Below, in pieces: positions 60,966 to 64,000 of a DNA stretch of 64,000 bases. The stretch is from an uncultured Gemmatimonadales bacterium (GTDB lineage Bacteria > Gemmatimonadota > Gemmatimonadetes > Gemmatimonadales > GWC2-71-9), in assembly GCA_963795085.1 (NCBI GenBank), contig CAWCFX010000006.1, positions 192,001 through 256,000 on the forward strand, given 5' to 3'. The translations under genes were made by a program, and so were the position numbers. The notes beneath the pieces are model-generated. The model was not told the DNA's origin and did not search any database. It saw only the letters and a list, made by a program, of their open reading frames with translations. Each line of letters opens with the position of its first letter. The first letter of the stretch is position 1.

Positions 60966-61673
60966 TCAGCCCGCGGCCGGGACCCGCCCAAACCGCCGGT
61001 CCCGTGCCCGGAAATCCTCGAGCGCCCGGAGCAGGTCGGCCGGCGTGAACTCGGGCCACATGATATCGGTGAAGAAGAGTTCCGCATACGCGGACTCCCA
61101 GAGCAGGAAATCACTCAGCCGGCGCTCCGCCCCGGTCCGGATCAGCAGGTCAACGTCGCCCACCCCGCCCACGCTGTGACAGGCCGTCTCGATTCGGCGC
61201 CGAAACGCCTCTGCGGTATCACTTGGATTCCTTCCGGCTGCCGCGATCACCGATCGCGAGGAGTAGTCCACGGCCAGCCGGACCAGCAGCGACCGGCAAC
61301 CCCGGGTTAGGAGTTCCGCCTGTTCGATCGCCTGAAGCAACGCGCCGTCCATGCGGTCACGGCGGCCAATGACATTGAGCCGAACGCCCTGCCGCAGGCA
61401 GGCCCCCGCCTCCCGAACCAGAAAGCGCCGGAACAGCCGCATCAAGCCTCCAACTTCCGCCGGCGGCCGATGCCAGTTGTCTTCCGAGAAGGCGAACAGG
61501 GTCAGCACCGCCAAGCCCTGCCCGGCCGAGGCGCGAACGACCCGCCGGATCGCATCCGCGCCCGCCTGGTGTCCGTCCAGCCGGGGCCGGCCTCGCCGGG
61601 TGGCCCACCGGCCATTGCCATCCATGATGATCCCGAGGTGCAGCCCTGCCGTGTGCCAAGTACTTTGATCCAT
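60966..61673 (-). CDS. uppS: cis-prenyltransferase (UppS family), probably a second copy
   Basis: HLGIIMDGNGRWA, FAFSEDNWHRP, DLLIRTGAERRLSDFLLWESAYAE, WPEF, RDRRFG. Confidence 0.92.
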   Translation of the reverse strand: MDQSTWHTAGLHLGIIMDGNGRWATRRGRPRLDGHQAGADAIRRVVRASAGQGLAVLTLFAFSEDNWHRPPAEVGGLMRLFRRFLVREAGACLRQGVRLNVIGRRDRMDGALLQAIEQAELLTRGCRSLLVRLAVDYSSRSVIAAAGRNPSDTAEAFRRRIETACHSVGGVGDVDLLIRTGAERRLSDFLLWESAYAELFFTDIMWPEFTPADLLRALEDFRARDRRFGRVPAAG

Positions 61674-61695
61674 AAAGTTTGCTCTCAAAAAAAAA

Positions 61696-62088
61696 TCAGC
61701 CCGCGCCCCCCCGGGTGGCGCGGATCAGGGCGTCCATGTGATCGAGATAGCGAGCCAGGGCTTGCCGACCCGCCCGGGTCAGCGCGTATTCGGTCCGGGG
61801 GATCCGGCCGTCAAACTGCTTGGTGCAACTCAGGTACCCGGCATCCTCCAGTTTGCGGGCGTGGACACTGAGGTTGCCATCGGTGGCGCCGAGCAGGGCC
61901 TTGAGATCGTTGAAGGTGAGGGTCGCGTTGACGGCGAGGGCGCTTACGATCGCGAGGCGGACCCGCTCGTGGATCAGACGGTCGAGACTCTGGGGATCGG
62001 TCCGGCTTCCCCGGACCGGGCCGAGCGCCGGCGCGGCCTCCTTGGGCCGGGCAGTCATCGCCTTCTGCGCCGCGCTGGATTTAGCCAC
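61696..62088 (-). CDS. Winged-helix transcriptional regulator (HTH_34 / MarR-ArsR-like)
   Basis: LDRLIHERVRLAIVSAL, TFNDLK..TDGNLSVHARKLEDAGY, PRTEYALT; GGAGG RBS and GTG. Confidence 0.9.
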   Translation of the reverse strand: MAKSSAAQKAMTARPKEAAPALGPVRGSRTDPQSLDRLIHERVRLAIVSALAVNATLTFNDLKALLGATDGNLSVHARKLEDAGYLSCTKQFDGRIPRTEYALTRAGRQALARYLDHMDALIRATRGGAG

Positions 62089-62692
62089 CGTACCTCCTCG
62101 CAATGACGTAGCCAAAGAGCATCTGGATCCCGCCAAACCCGAGCGCCATGAAGTGATCCCGCCAAACTGCCGGGGCGAAGAGGGCGGCGGTGCCGGTGGC
62201 CATGAGAGCCAGGCCGAACGCCGGGACCACCCGCACGGAGAAAGCCCCGGCGGCCAGTATCCCGGTGCCATACAGCAGCAACCAGACCCCGGGAATGGCC
62301 TCCAGCAGGCCAGCCCGGTACAGCACCAGTGTGAGGATACCTCCGACCAGCATCGGTGGCGCGAAACTGAGCAGGAATCGCCGGGCCGGGCCCGAGAGCA
62401 TGGGCTGGCCGGCCACTCTCGCCTTCCGGCGCACCGCCCACGCCGATATCACGAGGGCGAGGCCGGCTTCGGCGAACCATACGGTCATCCAGCGCTCGAA
62501 GGTCGGCTGCTGCCGCGCGATATAGGCGGTTCCCAGGGCGGTAATGCCGATGGCCACCCCACCCCAGCCCGGCACCGCGGTGAAGGCGGTCGCCCGTTCC
62601 ATGGTATTGCGGATGAACTGGAGGTTGTCCATCGCGCGGTGGTGCAACGCCGGCGGCGAATCGGAGGGAGCGCGGAGGGCGGGGGGAATCAT
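62081..62692 (-). CDS. Integral membrane protein (about 6 TM)
   Basis: AMDNLQFIRNTMERA followed by hydrophobic helices; stop overlaps the regulator start. Confidence 0.8.
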   Translation of the reverse strand: MIPPALRAPSDSPPALHHRAMDNLQFIRNTMERATAFTAVPGWGGVAIGITALGTAYIARQQPTFERWMTVWFAEAGLALVISAWAVRRKARVAGQPMLSGPARRFLLSFAPPMLVGGILTLVLYRAGLLEAIPGVWLLLYGTGILAAGAFSVRVVPAFGLALMATGTAALFAPAVWRDHFMALGFGGIQMLFGYVIARRYGG

Positions 62693-62699
62693 GGCAGCC

Positions 62700-62747
62700 A
62701 AGTTACCCCTCCTGGCTACCATTGTCAAGTACTTCACAGAGCAAAGC
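62700..62747 (-). promoter_or_regulatory. Sigma70 promoter with adjacent operator candidate; probably leaderless transcript
   Basis: Minus strand TTGACA (62723-62728), 17-bp spacer, TAACTT (62700-62705); ATG 7 nt downstream; ACTTC-N7-AAAGC at 62731-62747. Confidence 0.65.
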
Positions 62748-62788
62748 GAGTCTCCCCGCGACCCCGTGGCGGCGCCCCGAGGGATGCA

Positions 62789-64000
62789 CTAGTTAACGGT
62801 GATGGCCCTGGTCGCCGTGGCGGTGGACACCACCCCCGGCGCGGTGGCGGTGATCGAAGCGCTTCCCGGCGTGAGGGGCCGAACGCCGACACCACCGGCC
62901 GGAATATTCGTCGGCGTGTAATAGAAGCCCAGGGCAATCTGAGCGGTTCTGGGGTTGCCGGCGCTGGTGGCATCCACCATCGTCGCCACCCCCGCCGCGG
63001 AACTGGAGAAGGTGACCACAAGGGAAGCCGGCGCGCCGGCCCGGACGTTCTGCACGGTGGTCAGGAACGCGTTGGTGCCATCCGCCGTGCCGACCCTGGC
63101 GTACACCGCCACATCGGGGGCGCCGGCCGCGATGCTGCCCGGCACCGCCTGCAGGTCCAGCGCGGCCGGCACCACCGCCTCGGTAGCCGTGCCGTTGGTG
63201 AACCCGGACGCGGAGGCGGTGATGGTTACGGTGCCCGTCTGCCCTTCGACGCCTTGGACATAGAACCCGAAGAAGGAGTTCCCGTTGCTCATCGGGATCG
63301 TAATGGACCCGGTCCCGGCGGTCGTGGCATTGGGCGACAGGAGCAGGACGCCGGGATTGGAACTGGTCAGCGTCACCGACACTCCGCCATGGTTGGACGC
63401 GCCCAGGCTGCCACTGGTGCTCTCCTGCAGCCCGCTCCCGACCCCATAGAAGTTCGAATTGACCGTGATGCCAGGCTGGCTCACGGTAACGGTCCTGCCG
63501 CTGGCCGGGGCAGGGTTGAATCCGGTAATCGCGCCGGTGATCGCGGTCGAGCCCGCCAGTACCGGCCGGAAGGCAACGCCACCCGCCGCCACGCTCGTGG
63601 GCGAGTAGTACAGCCCGACCGGGATCTGGACCTGCCGCGTGGCCCCCGAGCCCGCCAGGTCAGCGAGGACACCCACCGCGGGAACGCTGCTGGTAAACGT
63701 CACGGTCAGCGGGCCCGGCGCGCCGGCCCTGACATTCTGGACGGTGGTCAGGAAGGTGTTCTGGCCGTCCGCGGTCCCGACCCTGGCGTAGAAGGCATTC
63801 TCCGGAGACAGGGTGGTGGTGGACGCGGGAAGGCCCTGGATATCGAACGCCGGCTGGACCACCGTGAGCGGTGTGGTACCGTCGCCGAACCCGGCGGCCG
63901 ATGCGGTGATCGTCGCGGTCCCCGTCTGTCCCTCGACGCCCTGGACGTAATAGCCGAAGGAGTTGGTTCCGTTAGACATCGGAATGGTGATGGACGCCGC
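62789..64000 (-). CDS. Partial (5'-truncated) surface protein with tandem Ig-like repeats
   Basis: ~229-aa internal repeat (YVQGVEGQTGT.TITASA.GF, YARVGTADG.N.FLTTVQNVRAGAP); Thr/Gly/Val-rich. Confidence 0.75.
   Translation of the reverse strand, partial: AASITIPMSNGTNSFGYYVQGVEGQTGTATITASAAGFGDGTTPLTVVQPAFDIQGLPASTTTLSPENAFYARVGTADGQNTFLTTVQNVRAGAPGPLTVTFTSSVPAVGVLADLAGSGATRQVQIPVGLYYSPTSVAAGGVAFRPVLAGSTAITGAITGFNPAPASGRTVTVSQPGITVNSNFYGVGSGLQESTSGSLGASNHGGVSVTLTSSNPGVLLLSPNATTAGTGSITIPMSNGNSFFGFYVQGVEGQTGTVTITASASGFTNGTATEAVVPAALDLQAVPGSIAAGAPDVAVYARVGTADGTNAFLTTVQNVRAGAPASLVVTFSSSAAGVATMVDATSAGNPRTAQIALGFYYTPTNIPAGGVGVRPLTPGSASITATAPGVVSTATATRAITVN

Noticed and set aside
61687..61695. Poly-A tract as a phase-variation switch for uppS
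   Set aside because: Lies between genes, upstream of the likely ATG (61673); no evidence it alters a reading frame

Overview
GC-rich bacterial chromosomal window; gene content and style suggest Gemmatimonadota (inference only). It holds about 60 mostly housekeeping CDSs: ypdA-like reductase, pdp, ligA, tldD/pmbA, a fadD-like ligase, PTPS-folE-SDR, sbcD-sbcC (Mre11/Rad50), nurA-herA, ada, aspC-like aminotransferase, HU, tdk, coaE, gcvH-gcvP-lipoyl ligase, an Opp/Dpp ABC transporter, a FliA/WhiG sigma factor and an accessory uppS cluster. A probable 6S RNA with its own promoter and terminator lies at about 20878-21039 (-). I saw no transposase, integrase, tRNA, rRNA or true CRISPR array. Best leads: (1) a co-oriented nurA-herA...mre11-rad50 archaeal-style end-resection set, split by an ~8 kb apparent insertion and preceded by a tandem DUF2283-like gene; (2) a PTPS-II/folE/SDR operon resembling a tetrahydrobiopterin pathway; (3) a catalytically degenerate DEAD-box protein keeping a DbpA-type RNA-binding domain; (4) candidate operators for DUF2239 and for a membrane protein-wHTH-uppS operon; (5) a sigma54-type promoter and perfect palindrome upstream of an orphan sigma28; (6) several intergenic 7/8/9/16-bp repeat arrays. 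Two single-base frameshifts (fadD-like, aspC-like) may be assembly errors. All calls come from motif recognition by eye; no searches were run.
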